A program made the translations under genes and the position numbers. Positions 34,662 through 43,297 of a stretch of DNA of 64,000 bases are shown here, piece after piece. The stretch covers positions 3,938-67,937 of the forward strand of contig JAZRWR010000113.1 in NCBI GenBank assembly GCA_045599825.1. The letters run 5' to 3'. The stretch's first letter is position 1; each line of letters starts with the position of its first letter. Origin of the DNA: Bianqueaceae bacterium (lineage in GTDB: Bacteria > Bacillota > Clostridia > Lachnospirales > Bianqueaceae). The notes beneath the pieces were generated by a model. The model saw only the letters and a program-made list of their open reading frames with translations, was not told the origin of the DNA and ran no database searches.

Positions 34662-37252
34662 GGATTATTTGAAAGATTTTCGATGAAATTGTCGATTTGG
34701 GCCAGAACGCGGCCTAATTCCGCGCGGAATTCGCGGGAAGAGAGGCGCAGCACGCCTGCGCGCAGGGCGCTCAGCTGGATCAGGGCATCCGAGGTGACCA
34801 CGCGCACGCGCAGGTCCCGGCCGAGGCCGCTGACGAAGCGCTCGATAAAGGCATCGGCGGTTTCGCGCTCCCGCGTGTAGACCACGTGGATGCCGCCCTC
34901 GTCGCTGCGTTCGCCCTCGTTCTCGGGCACGCGGTAGGCGTCGAAGACGACCAGAAGCTGACATCCGGTGAAGGACTGGTAGTTTACCAGCGCACGGATG
35001 AGGCGGTCCCGGGCCATGGAAAGGTCCGCAGCAGCCAGCTGCTTTAGCTCGTCCCAGGAGAAGATTAGGTTGTAGCCGTCGACCAGGAAGAAGCTGCCTT
35101 CGCCGCCGAAGAGGCCGAGGCGGACAGGGTCCTCGTCGATTTCCTCGGAGAGATAAAGGCGGCGCTCCTCACGGGTGAAGAGGGGACGCTTGATCGGCCC
35201 GAATTCGCGCAGCATGATGGCCTCAAGCTCTCTGTCGTCCAGCGAGCGAGGCACGGAGGAGGGAGCTTTTTCGGCAGACTCCGGGGCGGACTTGTCCTTG
35301 CGGAAGGGAAGGTGCATGTAGGCGGGGACTTCGTTCCAGGGGACGGTGCGCCCGGCTCCGTGCGAGCAGAAGACCGAGTCGGGGGTGTCGGCCAGGTTGT
35401 CGTAGGGACGGTAAGCGGCGGCTTCTATGACCTCGCCGGCATTGTGGCAGGGCGACCAGCCATCGGGCTCGAGACTCAGGCTGCCGCGTCCGGCGGTGTA
35501 GGCGGCCAGCTCACGCGCGTAGCCGTTCAGGGTCGCAACGGGTCCGCGGCCGCACAGAAGGACCGTTTCGCTGCCCTCGGGGGCCTCCATGGAGGCGTGG
35601 CGGAGCTTGAGATCGGTCATGGCTCGTCCCAGCTGCTCGGCGGGAAGCTGCAGGCGGAAGCGGTACATCGGCTCCAGCAGGGCCAGCTTGCCCTCGGCGC
35701 GGGCCTGCATGAGGCCCTGGCGGACGGCCCGGTAGGTGGCCTGGCGGAAGTCGCCGCCCTCCGTGTGCTTCTCGTGCGCACGGCCGGCCACGAGGCTGAG
35801 GCGGACATCGCTTAAGGGCGCGCCGATCAGGACGCCGCGGTGCTCCTTTTCGGCCAGATGCGTCAGGATCAGGCGCTGCCAGCCGCGGGCCAGCTCGTCC
35901 TCGGCAAGCTCCGAGCACAGCTCCAGACCGCTGCCTTCGGGCAGCGGCTCCATCATCAGATGCACCTCGGCGTAATGGCGCAGCGGCTCAAAATGACCGA
36001 CGCCCTCCACGGAGCCGGTCAGGGTCTCGCGGTACAGAATACGGCCCTCCGCAGCGCTGATGCGGATGCCGAAGCGCTCCAGGACGGTCGCCTCCAGCAC
36101 CTCGGTCTGGACGGCACCCATCAGATCGGCCTCGATTTCCTCGCTTTCGCGGTTCCAGCGCAGCCGAAGCGCGGGGTCCTCCTCGGCCAGCCCGCGGATC
36201 GTCTCAAAGACGGCTTTCGCGTCCGCTCCTTCCTCGGGGATCAGACGGTAGCTCATGACCGGCTTTAAGCGCGGCGCCGGAGCGCTTTCCTCGGGCGATG
36301 CCGCCGCGCCGAAATATCGGCCGCTCATAAGACTGCCGAGGCCGGTCAGCGCCGCGCAGTCGCCGGCCTCCAGCCGTTCGGCGGCCTGGAACCGGGCCCC
36401 CTTCAGGAGCCGGATCTGCGTCACCTTTTCGGCGGCGTTCGTGCCGTCTGGCAGGGCGATGCTGACGGAGTCGCGGACAGTCAGGCTGCCCGACAAAAGC
36501 TTGATATGTGCCAGCCGGACCTCGTTTTCGTCCCGGCTGATTTTGAAGCAGAAGGCCCGGAGCGCGCCGTCCGCAGGATATTCGCGCGCCAGTCCGGCCA
36601 GACAGTTTAAGAGCGCCTCGGTGCCGACGTTCTTCAGCCCCGAGCCGAAAAAGCAGGGGAAGAGGCGGCGTGACATGACGGCGGAGGCGATGTCCTCGTC
36701 GCTCAGGCAGCCCTCGCGCTCGTAGCGCATCAGCATCGCCTCGTCGCTTAGGGCGGCGGCTTCCTCGCGCAGCGCCCGTTCGCGGTCAAAGCGGACGATA
36801 TCGCGGTCGAGCTCCCTGCGAAGACCCTCCAGAAGCTCCTCCTCGTCCAAACGGGAAAAGTCCATTTTGGACACGAAGAGGAGGGTGGGCACGCGGTATT
36901 CTTTTAACAGCCGCCACAGCGTCACCGTGTGGGCCTGCACGCCGTCCAGACCGCTGATGACCAGCACGGCGGCGTCCAACGCCAGAATGCTGCGCTCGGC
37001 CTCGGCGGAAAAGTCGATGTGGCCGGGCGTGTCCAGAAGCGTCATGCGCGCACCGGCGTATTCAAGGGAGGCCGTGCCGGTGAAAATCGTGATGCCGCGG
37101 CGCTTTTCGAGCTCGTGCGCATCCATCACGCTGGTCCGGCCGTTCACGCTGCCGGCACTGCGGATGGCGCCGCTGTGGAAGAGCAGGGCTTCCGCCAGCG
37201 TCGTTTTGCCCGCGTCCACATGGGCTACCAGTCCTACGGTCAGCTTCTTCAT
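34658..37252 (-). CDS. TetM/EF-G-family translational GTPase fused to a C-terminal Rae1/YacP-type NYN endoribonuclease domain (864 aa)
   Basis: N-terminus: VGLVAHVDAGKTTLAEALLFHSGAI..GSV..GTSVMD..ELEKRRGITI, DTPGHIDF, VSKMD (G1-G4), followed by EF-G domain II-V-length sequence. C-terminal ~165 aa: FFLVDGYNLIFSW..LK, YQSFTGCQLLVVFDA, YTRERETADAFIE, VRVVTSD. These align block by block with B. subtilis YacP/Rae1. AAAGGAG lies 9 nt before ATG 37252. Confidence 0.85.
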   Translation of the reverse strand: MKKLTVGLVAHVDAGKTTLAEALLFHSGAIRSAGSVNGRTSVMDAHELEKRRGITIFTGTASLEYAGARMTLLDTPGHIDFSAEAERSILALDAAVLVISGLDGVQAHTVTLWRLLKEYRVPTLLFVSKMDFSRLDEEELLEGLRRELDRDIVRFDRERALREEAAALSDEAMLMRYEREGCLSDEDIASAVMSRRLFPCFFGSGLKNVGTEALLNCLAGLAREYPADGALRAFCFKISRDENEVRLAHIKLLSGSLTVRDSVSIALPDGTNAAEKVTQIRLLKGARFQAAERLEAGDCAALTGLGSLMSGRYFGAAASPEESAPAPRLKPVMSYRLIPEEGADAKAVFETIRGLAEEDPALRLRWNRESEEIEADLMGAVQTEVLEATVLERFGIRISAAEGRILYRETLTGSVEGVGHFEPLRHYAEVHLMMEPLPEGSGLELCSELAEDELARGWQRLILTHLAEKEHRGVLIGAPLSDVRLSLVAGRAHEKHTEGGDFRQATYRAVRQGLMQARAEGKLALLEPMYRFRLQLPAEQLGRAMTDLKLRHASMEAPEGSETVLLCGRGPVATLNGYARELAAYTAGRGSLSLEPDGWSPCHNAGEVIEAAAYRPYDNLADTPDSVFCSHGAGRTVPWNEVPAYMHLPFRKDKSAPESAEKAPSSVPRSLDDRELEAIMLREFGPIKRPLFTREERRLYLSEEIDEDPVRLGLFGGEGSFFLVDGYNLIFSWDELKQLAAADLSMARDRLIRALVNYQSFTGCQLLVVFDAYRVPENEGERSDEGGIHVVYTRERETADAFIERFVSGLGRDLRVRVVTSDALIQLSALRAGVLRLSSREFRAELGRVLAQIDNFIENLSNNP

Positions 37253-37322
37253 CGCGAGGGTCTCCTTTCTTTTTCGGTGAAAATATTATATTCAAAATAT
37301 GCGCGGAAAATCAAGTCGCTAC

Positions 37323-37352
37323 TTGAAAAAAGCACCGGGAATCGTGTATAAT
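37323..37352 (+). promoter_or_regulatory. Putative promoter of the ABC exporter gene
   Basis: TTGAAA (37323-37328), an 18-nt spacer, then TATAAT (37347-37352). Confidence 0.45.
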
Positions 37353-37389
37353 AGCCGTAATATTTGCTTGCGAGAGGAGGCCTGACATT

Positions 37390-39225
37390 ATGGGCCGTGG
37401 AGGAAGTCTTGGTGGTCCGAGAGGATTTTTGACCGAGGAAGAGAAGAAAAATAAACCGAAGGTAACCTGGCCGCTGATCAAGCGCATTCTGAGTTACTTA
37501 AAACCGTACTGGTGGCAGTTTTTACTGGTGTTCGTCGCCATTCTGCTGTCGGCTGTCATCGGCCTGCTGCCGTCTATCATTACCGGTAAGATCGTCGACC
37601 AGGCGCTGGTCGGCGAGGATATGCGCCTGCTGATTTTCCTGCTGATCGCCGCCTTTGTCACGATGACGGTGTCCAAGGTCATCGGCGTGCTTGAAAGCTA
37701 TATCAACTCCTGGATTTCCCGCCGCATCATCTTCGACATGAAGAATCAGATGTACCGTCATCTGCAGTCGATGCCGCACTCCTTTTTCACCTCTGAGAAG
37801 CAGGGCGACATCATCACCCGCATGAACAGCGACATCAACGGCGTCAGCTCCGTCATTTCCGGCACGCTGACGAGTGTGGTTTCGAACATCGCCACCCTGG
37901 TCACCAGTATCGTGGCGCTGCTCTCCATGAGCTGGATGCTGGCCCTGGTAGGTGTCATCGTCATCCCGCTTCTCATCATCCCCACCAAGAGCGTCGGCCA
38001 GAGCCGCTGGAAGCTTCTGACCGAAAGCCAGGCAAAGAACGACGAAATGAATCAGCTGGTCAACGAGACCCTGAGCGTCAGCGGCTCCATGCTGGTCAAG
38101 CTCTTCACCCGCGAGGAAAAAGAGTACGAGCGCTTTGAAAAGGTCAACGAGGAGGTCACGCAGCTGTCCCTGAAGGAGCAGCGCAGCGGCCAGTGGTTCC
38201 GCGTGCTGATGGGCATGTTTACCGAGGTCGGCCCGCTTCTGATCTATTTTGCGGGCGGCTTTCTGATCATCAATAAGCTCGATACGAGCCTGACCGTCGG
38301 TACCATTACCGCCACGGTCTCCCTGATCAACCGCCTGTACCGCCCCGTGCAGTCTCTCTCCGAGATTTCGGTCGACTTCACCCGTTCCATGGCGCTGTTT
38401 ACCCGTATTTTCGATTACTTTGATATGGAAGTCACCATCAAGTCGCCTGAAAACGGCCGGAAGCCCGATGTTACGGATCAGCCCATCTGCTTTGACCACG
38501 TGGCCTTCCAGTATCTGCCGGACAAGCCTCTGCTTTCCGATATCAACTTCACCGTTCCCGGCGGCAAGATGTATGCCATCGTCGGCCCCAACGGCTCCGG
38601 AAAATCCACCGTCGTCAACCTTATTCCGCGTCTGTACGACGTCTGCGGCGGCGCGGTCACTGTGGCCGGCGTCGATGTCCGCGACTTCGACCTGACCTAT
38701 CTGCGTGAGCAGATCGGCGTGGTCACCCAGGACACCTACCTCTTCAACGGCACCATCCGCGAGAACCTGCTTTACGCCAAGGATGACGCCACGCAGGAGG
38801 AAATCGAGGAGGCCTGCCGCATCGCCAGCATCCACGACTTCATCATGAACCAGCCCGACGGCTACGATACCGAAGTCGGCAACCGCGGCCTGAAGCTGTC
38901 CGGCGGTGAAAAGCAGCGTATCTCCATCGCCCGCGTTATTCTGAAGAACCCCAAGATCCTGATCCTGGACGAGGCCACCTCCGCTCTGGACTCCATCTCC
39001 GAAAGCTCCATTCAGGATGCGCTTGAGGCGCTGATGGCCGGCCGCACCAGCATCGTCATCGCCCACCGTCTTTCCACCATTCTGGAGGCCGACAGCATCC
39101 TGGTCGTCTCCGGCGGCACGATCGCCGAGCAGGGCACGCATGAGGAGCTGCTGGAGGCGGGCGGTGTTTACCGCAATCTCTACGAGACCCAGTTCCGCCA
39201 GGTCCTTGACATGGAAGGGAAATAA
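37390..39225 (+). CDS. ABC exporter, fused permease/ATPase (MsbA/multidrug type, 611 aa)
   Basis: Six-TM domain. Walker A GPNGSGKST, signature LSGGEKQRISIARV, Walker B ILILDEATSALD, H-loop IAHRLST. Confidence 0.85.
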   Translation: MGRGGSLGGPRGFLTEEEKKNKPKVTWPLIKRILSYLKPYWWQFLLVFVAILLSAVIGLLPSIITGKIVDQALVGEDMRLLIFLLIAAFVTMTVSKVIGVLESYINSWISRRIIFDMKNQMYRHLQSMPHSFFTSEKQGDIITRMNSDINGVSSVISGTLTSVVSNIATLVTSIVALLSMSWMLALVGVIVIPLLIIPTKSVGQSRWKLLTESQAKNDEMNQLVNETLSVSGSMLVKLFTREEKEYERFEKVNEEVTQLSLKEQRSGQWFRVLMGMFTEVGPLLIYFAGGFLIINKLDTSLTVGTITATVSLINRLYRPVQSLSEISVDFTRSMALFTRIFDYFDMEVTIKSPENGRKPDVTDQPICFDHVAFQYLPDKPLLSDINFTVPGGKMYAIVGPNGSGKSTVVNLIPRLYDVCGGAVTVAGVDVRDFDLTYLREQIGVVTQDTYLFNGTIRENLLYAKDDATQEEIEEACRIASIHDFIMNQPDGYDTEVGNRGLKLSGGEKQRISIARVILKNPKILILDEATSALDSISESSIQDALEALMAGRTSIVIAHRLSTILEADSILVVSGGTIAEQGTHEELLEAGGVYRNLYETQFRQVLDMEGK

Positions 39226-39235
39226 GCGGGGACGC

Positions 39236-39264
39236 TTGCGCGATATTTCGATTAATGGTATAAT
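39236..39264 (+). promoter_or_regulatory. Putative promoter
   Basis: TTGCGC (39236-39241), a 17-nt spacer, then TATAAT (39259-39264). Confidence 0.45.
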
Positions 39265-39326
39265 ATATACAAGCAAAAAGCAGCCAGCTTTTTGAGTAAG
39301 TTTTTCATTGTAAAGGAGATTTGAAA

Positions 39327-39881
39327 ATGTCTGATATCAATATCAATGAAGTAGTTGATAAGGTTGTCACCACTGCCAAGGACTGGGCCGGCGTTGCTGC
39401 TCAGCTTGCCACGCAGGGCTTTGACCTCGGCAAGGCTGAATATGAAATCAAAACGAGTGAGCTGAAGCTGGAGCGCGCCTATAAGGCGCTTGGCCGTCTG
39501 GCTTATGAGGTCGAGACCGGCGCGCTGAACCGCGATGACGAGGTTTTCGGCGCCGCTATTGCCCAGATCAAGGAAGCGCTTGAGAAGATCGAGGGTCTGA
39601 AGGCCAGCATGACCGAGATCAAGTCCCGCGAGATCGTCCGCAGCAAGCCCACTGCCGAAAAGAAGGCCGAGGAAGCCTGCGAAGATCTGGAGAAGACCGT
39701 CGAAGACGCCGTAGAAGACGTCAAAGATTTTTTTGAGTCTGCGGCTGAGAAAGCCGCTGAAACCGTAGAAAAAGTCGAGGAAAAGGCGGAAGGCTGCCTT
39801 CTCATGAAGTTCTGCCCCGTCTGCGGAGTCGGCAACGAGCCCGATGCCGCCAAGTGCACGAACTGCGGACATGAGTTCTGA
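39327..39881 (+). CDS. Hypothetical coiled-coil protein with a C-terminal zinc ribbon
   Basis: Helical, acidic protein ending in CPVCGVGNEPDAAKCTNCGHEF (CxxC...CxxC). ATG 39327 lies 9 nt after AAAGGAG. Confidence 0.5.
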   Translation: MSDININEVVDKVVTTAKDWAGVAAQLATQGFDLGKAEYEIKTSELKLERAYKALGRLAYEVETGALNRDDEVFGAAIAQIKEALEKIEGLKASMTEIKSREIVRSKPTAEKKAEEACEDLEKTVEDAVEDVKDFFESAAEKAAETVEKVEEKAEGCLLMKFCPVCGVGNEPDAAKCTNCGHEF

Positions 39882-40125
39882 TTTGAATAAGTATTTGATC
39901 TGCCAGCACCCCTCTCATGCGGCGCTGGCAGAAATTTTCACAAAAAGCCAATATGAAAAGGCCCTTCGGAACGATCCCGCGTATGAGCTGATCGGCTCGG
40001 CGCCCACGCGGGCGGCCGCGGTCGAGCGCATCGGCAGTGCTCTGGTATACGCGCTGGCCGGCCCCGACCGGGATACGCAGAAGGTCAAGACCATCCTGAA
40101 GGCCCTTCTCTTCGGCACCCTGTGA
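39871..40125 (+). CDS. Hypothetical protein (84 aa)
   Basis: ORF whose ATG overlaps the preceding stop (ATGAGTTCTGA). No family recognised. Confidence 0.35.
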   Translation: MSSDLNKYLICQHPSHAALAEIFTKSQYEKALRNDPAYELIGSAPTRAAAVERIGSALVYALAGPDRDTQKVKTILKALLFGTL

Positions 40126-40144
40126 ATAAAAACGGGACTGCTGC

Positions 40145-40852
40145 ATGAAAAAATCCATCCGAATTCTGTTAAGTGTCATGGCCGCCTTCGGGCTGGTTGT
40201 GACCTGCTTTTTCGGCTCCTTCAAGGCCGTCGTGTTCAACCGCCGCTTCATCAATTCCGAAACGGCGCGCTACGGCGTGGCCGCGTTGACGCATATGCAG
40301 CAGGAGGAGGTTGACCACGTCTTCGATGAAACACTGAAGTATCTGGAGCATCGCCGGGACGATCTGGTCATCGACACCGTGGTAGCGGGTCAGGCACGCG
40401 AAGCCTACAATCAGCAGGAAAAGCTGCATATGGTGGATGTGCTGGGACTCTTTGACGCCGGCTACGTGATTTATTACGCGGCTATCGGCTGCCTGCTGGC
40501 GGCTGCGGCCGTTCTCCTGGCGGTCAAAAAAGAGCAGAAAAAAGAACTGGCGGCAAGCTATGCGCGGGCCGTGCTGATCGGCTTTGTCATTTTTTTCCTT
40601 TTGGCAGCCGTGATCGGCATCCTCTTTTATACCGACTTTGACCGGTATTTTGTGCTTTTCCACGAAATTTTCTTTGATAACGATTTGTGGCTGATGGACC
40701 CCCGCACCTGCCTGATGATCAACCTGATGCCGGAGGATTTCTTCTTTGACATCGTGATGAAATTCGGCACGGTCTTCCTCATTCTGGCGGTTGTGCTGAT
40801 GGCGGGCTCGGCAATCTTTCTTCTGCTGCGGAAACGGAAGAAGAGCACATGA
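40145..40852 (+). CDS. TIGR01906/DUF1461 family integral membrane protein (Lit, lipoprotein intramolecular transacylase-like)
   Basis: Characteristic block FHEIFFDNDLWLMDPRTCLMINLMPEDFF, flanked by TM helices. Confidence 0.7.
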   Translation: MKKSIRILLSVMAAFGLVVTCFFGSFKAVVFNRRFINSETARYGVAALTHMQQEEVDHVFDETLKYLEHRRDDLVIDTVVAGQAREAYNQQEKLHMVDVLGLFDAGYVIYYAAIGCLLAAAAVLLAVKKEQKKELAASYARAVLIGFVIFFLLAAVIGILFYTDFDRYFVLFHEIFFDNDLWLMDPRTCLMINLMPEDFFFDIVMKFGTVFLILAVVLMAGSAIFLLLRKRKKST

Positions 40853-41925
40853 TCATATTAAAGATACTGCTGTGGCTGATTCTGTCGGTATTCTTTCTGC
40901 TGCTTCTCGGACTGGTGCTGATTCTGACGGTGCCGCTTCGTTACCGCATCCGCGCAGCCAAGCTTCCCTTTGAGGGGCAGAGCTTTACGGATACCGTCAG
41001 CGAAAAAATGATGATCCGCTTCGGGAACGGGGAAGAAGAACCGTCGGACACAAGTCTTTCACTGCCTTTTGAGGCAGAGGTTTGGGCCGGCTTTCTGGCC
41101 AAAATCTTTCAGCTTCAGCTCGGCTATGTGAAGGAGGGTTATTTCCGATTCCTGATATTCGGGAAGGATGCTGCGGACGGCAAGCCGAAGAAAAACGGCA
41201 AAAAGCCGAAGGAGAAGAAAAAGAGCACTGAAAAGAAGCAGGCTGAAGCGGTGAAGCCCGACGAAAAACCGGCAGAGGCACCGCGGGATGATGCACCGAA
41301 GGCGGACGCCCCGCAGGACGCAGCAGCAGACCCGGAAGCCTCGGGGAAAACACCCGCCGAAGTGCAGGACCCGGCGCATCAGGCACTCTCCGTTCCGTCG
41401 GCGGAGACGCCTCAGGAGCCTGGGCCCGAGTCGGAGGCCGGTTCCGAAAAAACCAAAGAACCGCTTTCCGAAAAGGCTGACCGCCTTCTTGAAAAAATCG
41501 GAGAGGTGCTGGATAAAGCCGATTATTATCTGGATCTGCTCGCGGATAACGCCGAGGGCATCCGTCAGGTAATGAGCTGCCTGTTCCGCGTGCTGAAGAA
41601 GATTTTTCCGAGGCGCGGGCAGATGCAGCTTCAGTTCGGTCTGGCCGACCCGTATGATACCGGCCGCGTGCTGGCTGTCTGGTCGGTCCTGGAGCCGGCG
41701 CTCGTCACGGAGAAGCGGCAGCTGCAGGTCGAAGCCGATTTTGAGCGGAAGCGTCTGGAGGCAGACGGCTGGATGGAAGGGCATTTTTCGCTCGGCGGTC
41801 TAGCGGCCCCGCTTGTGGGCGCGCTCCTTCACAAGCCCGTGCGCAGACTAATCCGGACCGTTCTCAGGCTCAGCGGCAGGGGCAAGCAAAAAAAAGAAAA
41901 GAAACCGGCTGAAAAAGCCGCATAA
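40849..41925 (+). CDS. DUF2953 (YtfI-like) sporulation-associated protein with a Lys/Pro/Glu/Ala-rich insertion
   Basis: N-terminal TM helix. Sits immediately upstream of a GerW/YtfJ homolog, as in B. subtilis ytfI-ytfJ. ATGA overlap with the upstream gene. The central region is low-complexity. Confidence 0.5.
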   Translation: MIILKILLWLILSVFFLLLLGLVLILTVPLRYRIRAAKLPFEGQSFTDTVSEKMMIRFGNGEEEPSDTSLSLPFEAEVWAGFLAKIFQLQLGYVKEGYFRFLIFGKDAADGKPKKNGKKPKEKKKSTEKKQAEAVKPDEKPAEAPRDDAPKADAPQDAAADPEASGKTPAEVQDPAHQALSVPSAETPQEPGPESEAGSEKTKEPLSEKADRLLEKIGEVLDKADYYLDLLADNAEGIRQVMSCLFRVLKKIFPRRGQMQLQFGLADPYDTGRVLAVWSVLEPALVTEKRQLQVEADFERKRLEADGWMEGHFSLGGLAAPLVGALLHKPVRRLIRTVLRLSGRGKQKKEKKPAEKAA

Positions 41926-41938
41926 ACCGGAGGTTAGT

Positions 41939-42325
41939 ATGGCCTACAACGAATCCATCAGCGCAATGCTGAAAGAGTTTGAAAATCTGATTACGACCAA
42001 GACCGTCATCGGCGAGCCGATCTATGTCGGCGACATGATCGTGCTGCCGGTAGTGGACGTAAGCTTCGGCTGCGGTGCAGGCGGCGGCGCAGGACGTTCC
42101 GCCAATCAGGACCACGCTTCCGGCGGTATCGGCGGCAAGATGACGCCCAGTGCGCTGCTGGTCATCAAGGACGGGCAGGCGCGTCTGGTCAGCGTCAAGA
42201 ATCAGGAGACCGTTACCAAGGTCCTCGATATGATTCCCGACGTGGTCGACCGTCTGAAAGGCAGCTTCACCAAGAAGGACGAGGAAACGGTTATCGAAGC
42301 GGCCCGCAAACAGGGCAAGGCATAA
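41939..42325 (+). CDS. gerW: GerW (YtfJ) family sporulation protein
   Basis: TVIGEPIYVGDMIVLPVVDVSFGCGAGGG......GGIGGKMTPSALLVIKDGQ.RLV is the conserved YtfJ/GerW core. Confidence 0.8.
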   Translation: MAYNESISAMLKEFENLITTKTVIGEPIYVGDMIVLPVVDVSFGCGAGGGAGRSANQDHASGGIGGKMTPSALLVIKDGQARLVSVKNQETVTKVLDMIPDVVDRLKGSFTKKDEETVIEAARKQGKA

Positions 42326-42340
42326 GAAGCATATCAAGCA

Positions 42341-42378
42341 GGCCCCTCCGGAGCATTGTTCTCCGGATGGGCCTTTTT
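42341..42378 (+). terminator. Rho-independent terminator after gerW
   Basis: GGCCCCTCCGGAG, a 7-nt loop, then CTCCGGATGGGCC followed by TTTTTG. Confidence 0.7.
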
Positions 42379-42436
42379 GCTGCAGAAAGGTCGTTCTGTG
42401 TCTGCCCTTCAGCGAGAAAGGCCGCTGCAGCAATTG

Positions 42437-42463
42437 TTAGCACTCAATTATAATGAGTGCTAA
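42437..42463 (+). promoter_or_regulatory. CIRCE element (HrcA operator), perfect consensus
   Basis: TTAGCACTC-N9-GAGTGCTAA is read directly at 42437-42463 (spacer aattataat). Confidence 0.9.
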
Positions 42464-42558
42464 CAATTTACAATGCGGAAACAGTTTTGACACAATTTAG
42501 ACATATTTATTGCGTAAAATATAGTCAAAATCAAAGAGGAAAAGAAATCTCTTGGATT

Positions 42559-42587
42559 TTGGAGTGCGCCGGGGGCATTCATATAAT
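42559..42587 (+). promoter_or_regulatory. Putative sigma-70-type promoter of hsp20
   Basis: TTGGAG (42559-42564), a 17-nt spacer, then TATAAT (42582-42587), 65 nt upstream of ATG 42653. Confidence 0.45.
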
Positions 42588-42652
42588 GCTTCTGACGCAC
42601 CCGCGCAGGCAATCATTCCCGGTTTTTCCGGCACAAATAAGGAGGAATAAAT

Positions 42653-43084
42653 ATGTTTGAATTTTTACCCGTTGACAGAAAGAGCTTCAATGTTTTTGAT
42701 CCCTTTACCGATTTTGACAAGGATTTCTGGAACGAACTCGTTCCCCGCGACATTCGCCTGACCCAGGGCTTCCGTACGGACGTTAAGGATCTGGGCGACG
42801 CCTTCGAGCTTTCCAGTGAGCTTCCCGGCTACAAGAAGGAAGATATCAAAGTGTCCCTGGATGACAAGTATCTGACCATCTCGGCCGAGCGCAAGGGAGA
42901 AACCGAGGAGAGCGGCAGCTACATCCGCAAGGAACGCTTCTACGGCACCATCACCCGCCGCTTTGCCGTCGAGGGCATCAAGACTGAGGCCATTTCCGCG
43001 AAGTACACTGACGGCGTGCTGACCCTGACGCTGCCCAAGCGCACCGAGGAAGAAAAAGCGGCAAGAAGCATCGATATTCAGTAA
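42653..43084 (+). CDS. Hsp20/alpha-crystallin family small heat-shock protein
   Basis: Alpha-crystallin domain blocks are present: DVKDLGDAFELSSELPGYKKEDIKV, ERFYGTITRRF.V, AKYTDGVLTLTLPK. AAGGAGG RBS. Confidence 0.9.
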   Translation: MFEFLPVDRKSFNVFDPFTDFDKDFWNELVPRDIRLTQGFRTDVKDLGDAFELSSELPGYKKEDIKVSLDDKYLTISAERKGETEESGSYIRKERFYGTITRRFAVEGIKTEAISAKYTDGVLTLTLPKRTEEEKAARSIDIQ

Positions 43085-43109
43085 ATCCGTACGACGCGCA
43101 GCACTTTCA

Positions 43110-43140
43110 GCCGGAGAAATCATCTCCGGCTTTTTCTTTT
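43110..43140 (+). terminator. Rho-independent terminator (first of two in tandem)
   Basis: GCCGGAGA, loop aatca, TCTCCGGC, then TTTTTCTTTT. Confidence 0.7.
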
Positions 43141-43143
43141 CAG

Positions 43144-43170
43144 GAGGAAAGCATGCTTTCCTCTTTTTTT
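43144..43170 (+). terminator. Rho-independent terminator (second of two in tandem)
   Basis: GAGGAAA, loop gcatgc, TTTCCTC, then TTTTTTT. Confidence 0.65.
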
Positions 43171-43249
43171 GATGTGCCTGCTCCGGGAGCTTTTTTCTGA
43201 GTGTCTGCTGACTTTTTGCCTGAAATTCGGAGAAATTTTGAAAAACCAG

Positions 43250-43278
43250 TTGACAGAGTGAATTTGTGGGTGTATGGT
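43250..43278 (+). promoter_or_regulatory. Putative Pmra promoter of the dcw cluster
   Basis: TTGACA (43250-43255), a 17-nt spacer, then TATGGT (43273-43278). Confidence 0.5.
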
Positions 43279-43297
43279 GGAAACACCAACAAGAAAA

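Noticed and set aside
34152-34686. Three ORFs of 60-94 aa overlapping the tRNA block (34152-34367, 34402-34686, 34479-34661).
   Set aside because: The region is fully explained by four cloverleaf-folding tRNA genes plus their promoter and terminator.
42457-42660. 67-aa ORF in the hsp20 leader.
   Set aside because: It starts inside the CIRCE palindrome, has no RBS and overlaps the hsp20 RBS and start. It is best explained as a non-coding leader or promoter region.
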